IMG/VR virus record: IMGVR_UViG_3300020598_000119
Length of the DNA stretch: 64,000 nucleotides
Source of the DNA: a virus
Taxonomy: Duplodnaviria; Caudoviricetes
Strand: one strand, 5' to 3'
In this document: positions 39,380-47,972 of the stretch, piece by piece
How the letters are laid out: each line of letters begins with the position of its first letter
Numbering within the stretch: position 1 is the stretch's first letter
Translations under genes and position numbers: made by a program
Notes under the pieces: model-generated
The model's input: only the letters and a program-made list of their open reading frames with translations
Told to the model about the DNA's origin: nothing
Database searches by the model: none

Positions 39380-41506
39380 CTATTCTTCTTTACCGCCTCC
39401 TTGTCCACCACCTGACTGAGGTGGTGGCGGTGTCTTGACTTGAGGTTGCTTGACAGGAAGTTTCTGAGGGGCAATTGGGGCTTTAGCCGTTGCCATACCT
39501 GCAGCAACCATTGCGCCTGCGGCCGCATGAGTTTCCTGTCCATCATTGTAACCATGGGTACCAGAGAAGCCCATCCAATGCCCAACACGATCTGCAATAG
39601 TTGGAATGAGACCAAAAAGACGAAGCGTCAAATGCCACTGCATCCATGCCCACATAACAAGCTTAACCGCGTATTGAATGAAGAAAAGGATACCCATGCT
39701 ACCCGTTTGGGCATAAAAGGCCTCATCCCAGATAATGTTAAGGGACAACAAGAGAACTGGAAGCAACAACAATCCGCCAATAAATGCTAACATTCCAATA
39801 GCAGGTCGCAAGAACAGATTGAATATTAATGTAACACCAGGGGCCTGGTTACGATCAAAAAATTCATTGCCATCCATGCGAATGAATGCAAAGGCCCATA
39901 GAACGCCAGCGATTGCTGCTTCCAAGAACATTATCAGCCAAGACACACCCATCACAAACACCATAATCATTGGGATCATAGGCAGAACATAAGCATGTAA
40001 CATACCGACAACCAAAAAGATCAATATCAGATACGTGACCCACTGACCGAAATAACTCAGGACCCCGCTAAGAAATCCACTCGCGGCACCAACACCTGGT
40101 AACAGTTTAAAAAAGCCAGTGCCTTCGGCAGCAGCATTGGCAGTTCCATTTAGCAGAAGCATAGCAGCAATAGCTGAAGCAGCAGCACCGAGCAAGTAAT
40201 GGCCATAGGTAATCATAGACCCAATAGGATCACCTGACATATTCTTAATCTGCATATCATCGGCAGATGGCAAAATTGAGGACAATAAGGTAGTTACAGT
40301 ATCACCACCATCGGAAGCAATCATACTACCATCTTCAGACAACGTCATATTATCAAGTGCGCGTGCCGCCAACACTGCATTGAAAGCAGCGGCGTATGCC
40401 TCATAATATGAGCGTCCAGGATTCGGAGTCGTCTTAACTGGAGTAGCATTCGCCAAAGAAGATGTTGTTCCCGAAATTTTCGATATGTCTCGCTCGTAAG
40501 AGCCAGCCATCATAAAGCCGTACTCTTTAATCCGCTTTGCCAGATTCTCTTTATTCTCAGATGAGGCCCCCTTGTAAACCTCAGATGCCGCTGCTCCCAC
40601 TGCTTTGTTCCATTTTCTTGCCTCATCTTCGATAGTGGTTGCAATGTGCTTAGAAATAATACCGGCCTTTTCAAGCTCTGCAGCGACTTCACCTGCAGGC
40701 CGATCAGAATACGACTTTGTAGCAAAATACTCGCCGAGAACCGACATTTTGTCTTCTGCCGATTTTCTCACATCAATTTTACTGCGAACCGTATTAATGA
40801 CCGCTTGAGTAGCATCGTCCCGCTTCTTGTGAAAGTCTGAAAATCTACGGGTTTTATCTTCCTCGGAACCTGCGAGACCATCATCCGCAATTGTGGTTGT
40901 GAATCCAATCGAACCACACCAACCATAACTCCACGTAGTGGTTATAGAACCAGACTGTATTCTCGTAGTTGGCTTCTCGGGCAGAGCGATCTCCCCGCTC
41001 ACACCAAAATAAGAATTATTGTAGATTGCATTACGAACAGTGGTACACACTTCGCGCTCTATAACATCGATGACCAATTGACGCCCAGACATTGACGTAA
41101 GGGATATCTCACCTCCGTTCGCGGCCAAGTGATCGATGTAGGCAATGATTGGCGCATTGCCCATGTTTACGGCTGCTCGACCTATAACCTCCTTTAGAAC
41201 ATAATGGACCGAAGAAAAACCACCGGCGATTGGGATCAAGAGACCGAATCCAAGGACAACACGCAGCGGTGCCCAAATTTGATGATATCTTTCTCCCAAC
41301 ACTTTGCCACTATAGGCCGAGGACACGATACCTATGACAATGTGCCAACCCAGAAAAAGACCGCCGAGAAGACCAAGCATCGATGTAAAAACGGAGAAAG
41401 CCTGTCCAAATCCGCTTTCTGGACCGGTATTAAACAAGACTTCGATCCACTTAAAAGCGATATCGTTGCCTTTTCCATCCCCTGGCGTTGCAAATAGGTC
41501 CAGCAT
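39380..41506 (-). CDS. dotA: DotA/TraY family type IVB secretion membrane protein
   Basis: SA..GKVLG...IWAPLR..LG.GLLIP N-terminus; YVLPMIP, EA.IA..LWA, LFLRP C-terminal TM bundle. Confidence 0.88.
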   Translation of the reverse strand: MLDLFATPGDGKGNDIAFKWIEVLFNTGPESGFGQAFSVFTSMLGLLGGLFLGWHIVIGIVSSAYSGKVLGERYHQIWAPLRVVLGFGLLIPIAGGFSSVHYVLKEVIGRAAVNMGNAPIIAYIDHLAANGGEISLTSMSGRQLVIDVIEREVCTTVRNAIYNNSYFGVSGEIALPEKPTTRIQSGSITTTWSYGWCGSIGFTTTIADDGLAGSEEDKTRRFSDFHKKRDDATQAVINTVRSKIDVRKSAEDKMSVLGEYFATKSYSDRPAGEVAAELEKAGIISKHIATTIEDEARKWNKAVGAAASEVYKGASSENKENLAKRIKEYGFMMAGSYERDISKISGTTSSLANATPVKTTPNPGRSYYEAYAAAFNAVLAARALDNMTLSEDGSMIASDGGDTVTTLLSSILPSADDMQIKNMSGDPIGSMITYGHYLLGAAASAIAAMLLLNGTANAAAEGTGFFKLLPGVGAASGFLSGVLSYFGQWVTYLILIFLVVGMLHAYVLPMIPMIMVFVMGVSWLIMFLEAAIAGVLWAFAFIRMDGNEFFDRNQAPGVTLIFNLFLRPAIGMLAFIGGLLLLPVLLLSLNIIWDEAFYAQTGSMGILFFIQYAVKLVMWAWMQWHLTLRLFGLIPTIADRVGHWMGFSGTHGYNDGQETHAAAGAMVAAGMATAKAPIAPQKLPVKQPQVKTPPPPQSGGGQGGGKEE

Positions 41507-41671
41507 GAGCCGCTCCCAAAATAAATAATTGATAAAGATGATAAATGTTATCCCCAGTCCATGCAAACATCGATTTTTTTCGTTTTTAGAAGAAAAATAT
41601 GTTGACAGGCATAAATAACGCCCCTATATAAGGGTCACAAAGACCGCAGACGATTTTATAAGGAGGATCAC

Positions 41672-41938
41672 ATGCGTAAGATTATTGCTATAGCACTCGT
41701 TGCCATCGCCGTAGCTCCGGTTGCATATGCCATGGTTGGCGACATAGCCCACGACATACGAATAGTTAACAAGCTTGAGTCTTCAAAGACTCTGAGCAAT
41801 AAGGCAATAGCTGAGGAGCGCGAGAAGACCTTTAAGGGCGCTTGCTCAATATATTTCGAGCAGAGCTACATAAGTCGCATAACCACCTCAACTGGGAGAA
41901 ATTTGGCATGGTGCGAAGACTACAAGGATCGCATGTAA
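41672..41938 (+). CDS. Small exported/membrane hypothetical protein
   Basis: SD AGGAGG, signal-like N-terminus, own TTGACA..TATA promoter. Confidence 0.7.
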   Translation: MRKIIAIALVAIAVAPVAYAMVGDIAHDIRIVNKLESSKTLSNKAIAEEREKTFKGACSIYFEQSYISRITTSTGRNLAWCEDYKDRM

Positions 41939-41959
41939 GCGACCCGATTAATATGAGCC

Positions 41960-42001
41960 AAATAGAAGGTGCTTGAACGTTCAAGCACCTTCTATTTTTT
42001 T
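41960..42001. terminator. Bidirectional terminator
   Basis: AATAGAAGGTGCTTGAA-CG-TTCAAGCACCTTCTATT perfect inverted repeat plus U-tract. Confidence 0.8.
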
Positions 42002-42579
42002 GGCACCCAGTCAAATGATTTGAGGAATGACAGCAAAGTTCCCAACTGTCGTGTTCTAACAACCCAGTTCGTATAGGCATATTTGAGCAAAAGAGGCCCG
42101 ACGATATAGAGTGGTACAAATCTCGTAAGAGCGTCAGCAAAGTCTCTCGGCGAGAATGAAAATAGCGACGCAACGCCAAGGAAAGCGGCTATTAAAGTCA
42201 GGGCAAAATACAATATTGATGCCCGATACGTATTTGTCTGGATCGCTATTATATCGTCTTCAGAGCGGTTATGAACGATCATAGACTGAATGAAGCGCTC
42301 CTTGGCATTACCGCCTTCAGGAAGAGCCTGCACATTTTCTCGCCCGAATACACTAGAAGTCAGTGTCGAAAGCCTGTTGAGAGACTCGTTTGCTGTGTTG
42401 CCAACGGTGCCCACAGATCTCTTGATCACAGACGCTCCGGTCAAGTAACCAACCTTACTGCGCTTCCAATCATCTGATCCGACCAGGTCTTTTACAATTA
42501 CGTTCTTGGCAAGAGCGGTCGTGTCGTAGCGTTCATCGACTTCTGTAGTTTCTCGCGCGGTCTTGTCGTTGTTTTTCAT
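41992..42579 (-). CDS. IcmV/TraX-like membrane protein
   Basis: ERF...M...SEDD then 2 TM helices then W.VR.R.LG...F; upstream of dotA as in icmV-dotA/traX-traY. Confidence 0.6.
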   Translation of the reverse strand: MKNNDKTARETTEVDERYDTTALAKNVIVKDLVGSDDWKRSKVGYLTGASVIKRSVGTVGNTANESLNRLSTLTSSVFGRENVQALPEGGNAKERFIQSMIVHNRSEDDIIAIQTNTYRASILYFALTLIAAFLGVASLFSFSPRDFADALTRFVPLYIVGPLLLKYAYTNWVVRTRQLGTLLSFLKSFDWVPKK

Positions 42580-42712
42580 GGCAACTCACTCATATATTCA
42601 TTAAGACCCAATTATCTGCCAAATACCTAGAGTTCTTGATATTTTAGGCAAATAATGTTGACTTAAAAATAGGAATTATGGCATTATATTGGCCAATTAG
42701 GAGTGAAATCAA

Positions 42713-42994
42713 ATGAAAGATTCTGACAACGTTGCCCGCCTTGAAGCGCTTCGCCCAAAATACGAACAGTTTCGCGATCTGAAAATTCGGACTGGCGCTG
42801 AATTGGAGCGTGCCGAGGCTGATCTTCAGGCCGCTCGTGATCAGGCAATTGCCGTTGCTGGCACTGATAACGAAGACGAAATTCGTCAGAAAATTCTTCA
42901 GAATTATGAGGAAAACACAAAGCGCGTCGACGAGTTCAGTTCGGTTCTAGACGCCATTGAGTCCAAGCTTGCTGCCGTCGAGGGTGGCGCTTGA
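42713..42994 (+). CDS. Small coiled-coil protein, first gene of the SbcCD-like operon
   Basis: SD AGGAG; helical heptads. Confidence 0.7.
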   Translation: MKDSDNVARLEALRPKYEQFRDLKIRTGAELERAEADLQAARDQAIAVAGTDNEDEIRQKILQNYEENTKRVDEFSSVLDAIESKLAAVEGGA

Positions 42995-43004
42995 GGTGAC
43001 GCAA

Positions 43005-45185
43005 ATGAACGTGGACGTCCTTAGTCATCGAAATCGTCTATCTGTAGCAGAACGCAAAATCGCAGAGCTTGTCGGTGAGCAAACATCGGTCATTCGTCGA
43101 CGTGAAACTCTGACAAATGAAGTGGGACTTGCAAAGGGGCGTCTCGCCAACAAATCAAAAGTCAGCGACTTCCTCGAACAATTGCAGGCTGACGCCAATG
43201 CCCGTCTCGTCTCGAACTATGAGATGTTGCTCACTGCCCTCGTGACCGAAGTGCTTCCGAATGAAGCACCGATTGGCCTCGATCTCCAGATTGAACGCGG
43301 CCAGCCGTCGCTCGATATCGTTTCCAGGCGTTCCAACGACCGTTCTGAGGATATCTATGAGGATCAGGGCGGAGCACTCACCAATCTGGTTTCTCTTGGC
43401 CTGCGCATGATTGGCGTCGTGCGTTCGGGCATGAACCGTTTTCTGTTGCTCGACGAAAGCGATTGTTGGGTCGCGACGGAACGGGTTCCATCTTTCTATG
43501 GCGTGGTCAAGGACGCTGCGCGCAAGATCGGCGTTCAGTGTCTCGCTGTGTCTCACCACGACGTGGCTACATTTAATGACGGCATCTCAATCGCAAAGCT
43601 CACTGGTCATCCAGAACACCCAGAAGGTGTCCGGATCGAAAACAATCCGCGTCCATATCCATGGACGAACGAGGAAACTGGTATCCGTTGGATTCGCCTA
43701 AAAAATTTTCAGGGCTACGTTGATGAAACTCTCCACCTGACGCCTGGCGTAAATGCTCTCGTTGGCACCAACAATATCGGCAAAAGTTCATTTGTTCGTG
43801 CTTTCCGGGCTGTTTTCTACGGTGAAGCGCGCGACAGCCTTATTCGGTGGGGCGAGCGCATGTGCACCGTCGAAATCGGTATGGCAGGTGGTCGTGTTCT
43901 GTGTTGGGACCGTCAGGCAAAGCGCAATCCGATCAATCGCTGGCGCTACCTTGAAGCTGACGGCTCTCTTGTCAGCGAAGAGTTTAACACTGGCGGCCGC
44001 ACGGTTCCTGATTGGATCATGTCCGAATTCAAGATCGGGTCTCTTGAGGGCATGGACATTCACGCCATCAAACAAAAAGAACCAGTCTTCCTGCTGAATC
44101 AGCCAGCTTCCAAGCGCGCTGCTGTGCTGTCTATTGGCCAAGAAGCCAGCCACATCCGCAAGATGCTGACCCTTCATAAGGACCAGTGTGCGGCCGACAG
44201 CGCACGGGTAAAGGAAGGCGAAGCTGAAATGAGCGTTCTGCTTGATCGCCTAGAGAAGCTTTCCGCACTGCCAGAGTGTCGACTGCTGGTTGAAAAGGCG
44301 AGCCAACTCCTTCAGCAATTCCAGACCACTGCCGAAGAGACATCGAAATTGGAGCTTGCAGCCGATAGCCTGAACAAGGCGGTCGCAGTCAAAACTTCCA
44401 TCATCAGGAAGCTCAACGCACTGGCAAAGCTACCAGAGACTGAAGCTGTCCGAAAAATGGAACAGCAGGCCTCAACGATCTCTAAGCTTGAGGAGCTTGC
44501 AAGCGCGATTTTGGTCTCCAGTCAGAAGGTGTCCTCGAAACGAGGCGTTCTTAGTGCCCTTGCTGACCTGCCTGCGAATGGGCCTGCACTTATTAACAAT
44601 GAACGCCTCGTCAATGTCGCGCAAAATATCGAATCCAGTTCGCAACGCATTGCTCGCAACAAAAAGGTCGCCGAGGCTTTGGCATCACTGCCTGCTGTAG
44701 CACCGGAGCTTCATGACATCCGTTCCCTGAACTCAGCGCTCTCGACCATCGTGTCGGCTACAAAAACCATCGAACGCAATTCAAGGACGTTGGCGATCCT
44801 GCAGCACCTGCCTCAGGCAATGCCGGAGATCATCAGGAATGAAGAAGCCATCAAATGCGGAAAGGCGCTTCGGGATACGCGCATTTATGTAGGGAAGGTC
44901 AAGGAGCGGAGTGCAATCTTGGCCTCCCTTCCAGACGCAATGCCTCAGCTTGCCGACAATAAAGTTCCTGAAGATCTTCTGACTTCAATCGGGAAGGCGT
45001 CGTCGCGGGTTCAAGCCACAAAACAGAAGCTGGCACAGACCGAGATCGAGATGAAGAATGTAGAGAGCGAGCTGGAAACGGTTGTCGCCTCGATGGGCCA
45101 CACTTGCCCACTTTGCCACAGCACTATTGGAAGCGCGGCTTCCTTGCTTGGCCACAGCCACACGGAAGAGCACGCACATGACTGA
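43005..45185 (+). CDS. Circularly permuted SbcC/Rad50-like ATPase
   Basis: Signature/Walker B/H-loop (QGGAL, LLLDE, VSHH) precede LKNFQ and GTNNIGKS Walker A; coiled coil ends in CPLC. Confidence 0.8.
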   Translation: MNVDVLSHRNRLSVAERKIAELVGEQTSVIRRRETLTNEVGLAKGRLANKSKVSDFLEQLQADANARLVSNYEMLLTALVTEVLPNEAPIGLDLQIERGQPSLDIVSRRSNDRSEDIYEDQGGALTNLVSLGLRMIGVVRSGMNRFLLLDESDCWVATERVPSFYGVVKDAARKIGVQCLAVSHHDVATFNDGISIAKLTGHPEHPEGVRIENNPRPYPWTNEETGIRWIRLKNFQGYVDETLHLTPGVNALVGTNNIGKSSFVRAFRAVFYGEARDSLIRWGERMCTVEIGMAGGRVLCWDRQAKRNPINRWRYLEADGSLVSEEFNTGGRTVPDWIMSEFKIGSLEGMDIHAIKQKEPVFLLNQPASKRAAVLSIGQEASHIRKMLTLHKDQCAADSARVKEGEAEMSVLLDRLEKLSALPECRLLVEKASQLLQQFQTTAEETSKLELAADSLNKAVAVKTSIIRKLNALAKLPETEAVRKMEQQASTISKLEELASAILVSSQKVSSKRGVLSALADLPANGPALINNERLVNVAQNIESSSQRIARNKKVAEALASLPAVAPELHDIRSLNSALSTIVSATKTIERNSRTLAILQHLPQAMPEIIRNEEAIKCGKALRDTRIYVGKVKERSAILASLPDAMPQLADNKVPEDLLTSIGKASSRVQATKQKLAQTEIEMKNVESELETVVASMGHTCPLCHSTIGSAASLLGHSHTEEHAHD

Positions 45186-46194
45186 GACCTATCGCGAAGT
45201 GGAAGGCATCCTTTTTATCGGAGATCCGCACCTCAGCTCCAAGAAGCCTGGTCGACGCAAGGACGGAAACTTCAGTGCGACGGTTCTCAAGAAGATCGAG
45301 TACGCAATCAACATCTGCAATGAACGCAGGTTCGTACCCTGCTTCCTCGGCGACATGTTTGATGACGCTGTTGAGAAGGATGAATCGCTCAAGACAAAAC
45401 TCATCCGCATCCTGCGACAATGCTGGACGACACCAATCTCGAATGTGGGCAACCACGACAAGGTCAATGACACACTGACAGATTCCGATACGCTGGCGAT
45501 CATCGCAGAAAGTGGCGTTCTAAACGTCTGCACCAAGGCAGGGGCGTTCGAGACGTTCAAGATCGGCGACAAGATTGTAGGCCTCGGAGCGACACCTTAC
45601 GGCCAGAGCTTCCCAACCGACGCTCGCCCATTCTTCGGTCAGGTGGACCAGATCGTTTGGCTCACCCATCACGACGTCGCCTTCGAGAACCCTTATCCGG
45701 GATCGGTGGCTCCTCAAGCGATCATCGGCTGCAAGCTGGTCGTGAACGGCCATATGCACCTGCGCAAGAACGTTGTGAGGGTAGGGGCGACTGTTTGGTT
45801 TAATCCAGGCAACATCATCCGCCAGCATGTCGACGCCATCGATCATGAACCCGCCGTCTTCGCATTGACGGCCAAGGGAAGCCTCGAAAAGTTCGTGATC
45901 CCGCATGAGAAGATCATCTTTGACCTCACGGGCAAGCTGATCGATGCTATCTCGCCAGGTGAAGCACCGACTCCAGAATCGAACAAGGATTTCGATAGCG
46001 CCTTCGTAAACCTTTTGAACGCCAACAGCTCCATGGAAATGGCCAAGAGCGACGACGGCTCGATCCTCCTTGAAGACATCAAGGACAAATTCGAGCGAGA
46101 GAAAACCTCGGTCGAGGTCCAAGACATTGTTCTCGGCCTGCTATCTAGGGCCGTTAAGAATGAGAAACAACTTATCGCTGAAGTGAAGGTTTGA
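45178..46194 (+). CDS. SbcD/Mre11-like metallophosphoesterase nuclease
   Basis: GDPH, LGDMFD, GNHD, THH, NGHMH, NPG. Confidence 0.85.
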   Translation: MTETYREVEGILFIGDPHLSSKKPGRRKDGNFSATVLKKIEYAINICNERRFVPCFLGDMFDDAVEKDESLKTKLIRILRQCWTTPISNVGNHDKVNDTLTDSDTLAIIAESGVLNVCTKAGAFETFKIGDKIVGLGATPYGQSFPTDARPFFGQVDQIVWLTHHDVAFENPYPGSVAPQAIIGCKLVVNGHMHLRKNVVRVGATVWFNPGNIIRQHVDAIDHEPAVFALTAKGSLEKFVIPHEKIIFDLTGKLIDAISPGEAPTPESNKDFDSAFVNLLNANSSMEMAKSDDGSILLEDIKDKFEREKTSVEVQDIVLGLLSRAVKNEKQLIAEVKV

Positions 46195-46230
46195 GAGCCG
46201 CCAGGCTTACGTTTTGCCGCAAGACACACT

Positions 46231-46479
46231 ATGTATGCACAGGATCGCCTCGAAAGGGAGAATGCAATGAGAATCTCGGATGCTATTAAAAAGAATTCAG
46301 AATCGATCCGTCAAATGGGTCGAAAGGCTATCGAAGAAAGCAAGAAGAAGGGCGTGCCAGCCTACTATGTAGAAAAGGGCGAGGGAAAAACTATTACTCA
46401 AGAAAATCCAGACGGGACAAGAGTTCACATCGAGGGAGAGGAAGAGGGGGTGCAAAATGGAGCACGAATGGGAAGATGA
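46231..46479 (+). CDS. Small protein, putative antitoxin partner of the zeta-like kinase
   Basis: KAIEE.KKKGVP.YY...I..E.PDG pattern; overlaps the downstream gene. Confidence 0.55.
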   Translation: MYAQDRLERENAMRISDAIKKNSESIRQMGRKAIEESKKKGVPAYYVEKGEGKTITQENPDGTRVHIEGEEEGVQNGARMGR

Positions 46480-47092
46480 GTTATACTGCGTAATCCTTGC
46501 AGGTCCTAACGGATCAGGTAAATCGACGATTGCCAAGGAAATTGAAACGCCTGGAGAATTCATAAACGCTGACCATATTGAGGCGGCCCTTAAAAGGGAA
46601 GGTAACCCCAATGCTGGGTCTATTGCGGCGGGCAAAATAGCTATAAAAGCAATAAACAATAAGATCGAAACCAGAAAATCGTTCACGTATGAAACAACCC
46701 TAAGCAGCCATCAGTCTATGAATGTAATAAGGAGTGCAAAAGATCACGGATACACCGTAGATCTTCTTTTTGTCTGCGTAAATTCCACTCTCCTCAACGT
46801 CAAGCGAGTTCAGAGCAGAGTTGAACAGGGTGGGCATGATATCCCAATCGAAGCCATTACACGAAGATATGACAAGTCCTTTTCAAATCTGTCTCCAGCA
46901 CTACAGCTTGTTGATACTGCTCTTATTTATGACAACTCGGGCGAAAGCCCTCAATTGATTGCCCACGTTGAAGACAGAATGGTCATAGCTACCAACTTTG
47001 AGGATGGGAACGAGCTACACGAAAGAATTTTCGGCATATTAAGAGATAATTTTGAAATCACTTCAGATGCGAAAAAACCGGGACCAAGATGA
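46457..47092 (+). CDS. Zeta-toxin-like P-loop kinase
   Basis: AGPNGSGKST, INAD, ETTLS, RV..RV..GGH.IP, YDNS. Confidence 0.85.
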   Translation: MEHEWEDELYCVILAGPNGSGKSTIAKEIETPGEFINADHIEAALKREGNPNAGSIAAGKIAIKAINNKIETRKSFTYETTLSSHQSMNVIRSAKDHGYTVDLLFVCVNSTLLNVKRVQSRVEQGGHDIPIEAITRRYDKSFSNLSPALQLVDTALIYDNSGESPQLIAHVEDRMVIATNFEDGNELHERIFGILRDNFEITSDAKKPGPR

Positions 47093-47107
47093 TTATTCAT
47101 CAAGCCC

Positions 47108-47137
47108 TTGACGATTGCGCATCAATCGATGTATATT
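47108..47137 (+). promoter_or_regulatory. Putative sigma70 promoter P1 of the array leader
   Basis: cTTGACG-N18-TATATT. Confidence 0.6.
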
Positions 47138-47176
47138 GTAGAAAGAGCTAAATAGCTCAGGAGAAAAGGTATTCAG

Positions 47177-47299
47177 ATGCATTCCGTGCGCGCTATCGCG
47201 ATTAATACCATCAACGTCACCGCCAATATGGCGGGCGGACGTGGTATTGTCGTGCGCTCAGCACAGAAGGGTGTCGAAGTAGGGATTAACGCGAGGTAG
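47177..47299 (+). CDS. Putative attenuator leader peptide MHSVRAIAINTINVTANMAGGRGIVVRSAQKGVEVGINAR (Ala/Ile/Asn/Thr/Val/Met/Gly sensor)
   Basis: SD-like AGGAG/AAGG; 20 of codons 6-26 are read by tRNAs of the downstream array. Confidence 0.78.
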   Translation: MHSVRAIAINTINVTANMAGGRGIVVRSAQKGVEVGINAR

Positions 47300-47325
47300 C
47301 AAAATCCCCAAGGTTCTGAAGAACC

Positions 47326-47363
47326 AAGGCCCCTTCTGGAAACGGAAGGGGCCTTTTCTTTTT
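47326..47363 (+). terminator. Attenuator terminator upstream of the 14-tRNA array
   Basis: AAGGCCCCTTCTG-GAAA-CGGAAGGGGCCTT-TTCTTTTT; 5' arm complementary to CAGAAGGG (47264-47271) in the leader. Confidence 0.85.
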
Positions 47364-47383
47364 GGCCTCGGGGAAAAACGACA

Positions 47384-47503
47384 ATGGACGACGACGGTAA
47401 CGGGGCGGCGGTCACTCGCCGCAGACACCAAGCACTAACCAAATTTTCGGACGCCTCAAAAGAGGCGAACGGGGAAGTATTGCGCCATAAGTTAAGTCGT
47501 TGA
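47384..47503 (+). CDS. Possible second short ORF MDDDGNGAAVTRRRHQALTKFSDASKEANGEVLRHKLSR
   Basis: Weak SD GGGG; same position as 38821..38913 in the Glu/Asp locus. Confidence 0.35.
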   Translation: MDDDGNGAAVTRRRHQALTKFSDASKEANGEVLRHKLSR

Positions 47504-47560
47504 AATAATTATATTTTTTTGATTTTTGTTGTTGACTTACGTTTTTGGCCAGGCTAACTT
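47493..47560 (+). promoter_or_regulatory. tRNA promoter cassette P2
   Basis: TAAGTCGTTGAAA starts 39 bp before TTGACT-N17-TAACTT, with T-tracts between. Confidence 0.7.
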
Positions 47561-47602
47561 AGTAAACATGAACGACGACCGACGACGACGACGTTCACTA
47601 CC

Positions 47603-47631
47603 GCTCTCAACCGAGGGCATGTTCTTTGACA
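47603..47631 (+). promoter_or_regulatory. rrn-like boxB-boxA antitermination element
   Basis: Hairpin GCTCTC-AACC-GAGGGC followed by TGTTCTTTGACA (cf. boxA TGCTCTTTAACA). Confidence 0.55.
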
Positions 47632-47732
47632 TTGATGGAAACGATAAAATCTCGCGAATGCTTCTGCTGAGATTTGCCCTTAGCGCCAAATTGGCTGCTT
47701 CGTGCATAAAATGAAGCAAGGCATTCGCATAT

Positions 47733-47808
47733 TTGGGTGTAGCTCAGTTGGTAGAGCGCCTGGCTGTTAACCAGGTTGTCGCAGGTTCGAACCCTGCCAT
47801 CCAAGCCA
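47733..47808 (+). tRNA. tRNA-Asn(GTT)
   Basis: CCTGG-CTGTTAA-CCAGG; G73; CCA. Confidence 0.93.
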
Positions 47809-47871
47809 ATTTTCACTTCAGGTAAACCTGAAAGCTCGCGGATATTGATTGTCGCGGCGAGCGAGGAATTC

Positions 47872-47948
47872 GCGTCCTTAGCTCAGCTGGTAGTAGCGTC
47901 TCCTTTACACGGAGAATGTCGGCGGTTCGATCCCGTCAGGACGCACCA
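47872..47948 (+). tRNA. tRNA-Val(TAC)
   Basis: TCTCC-TTTACAC-GGAGA; CCA. Confidence 0.93.
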
Positions 47949-47972
47949 AATTGCAATTGAGAGGAGATGGAA

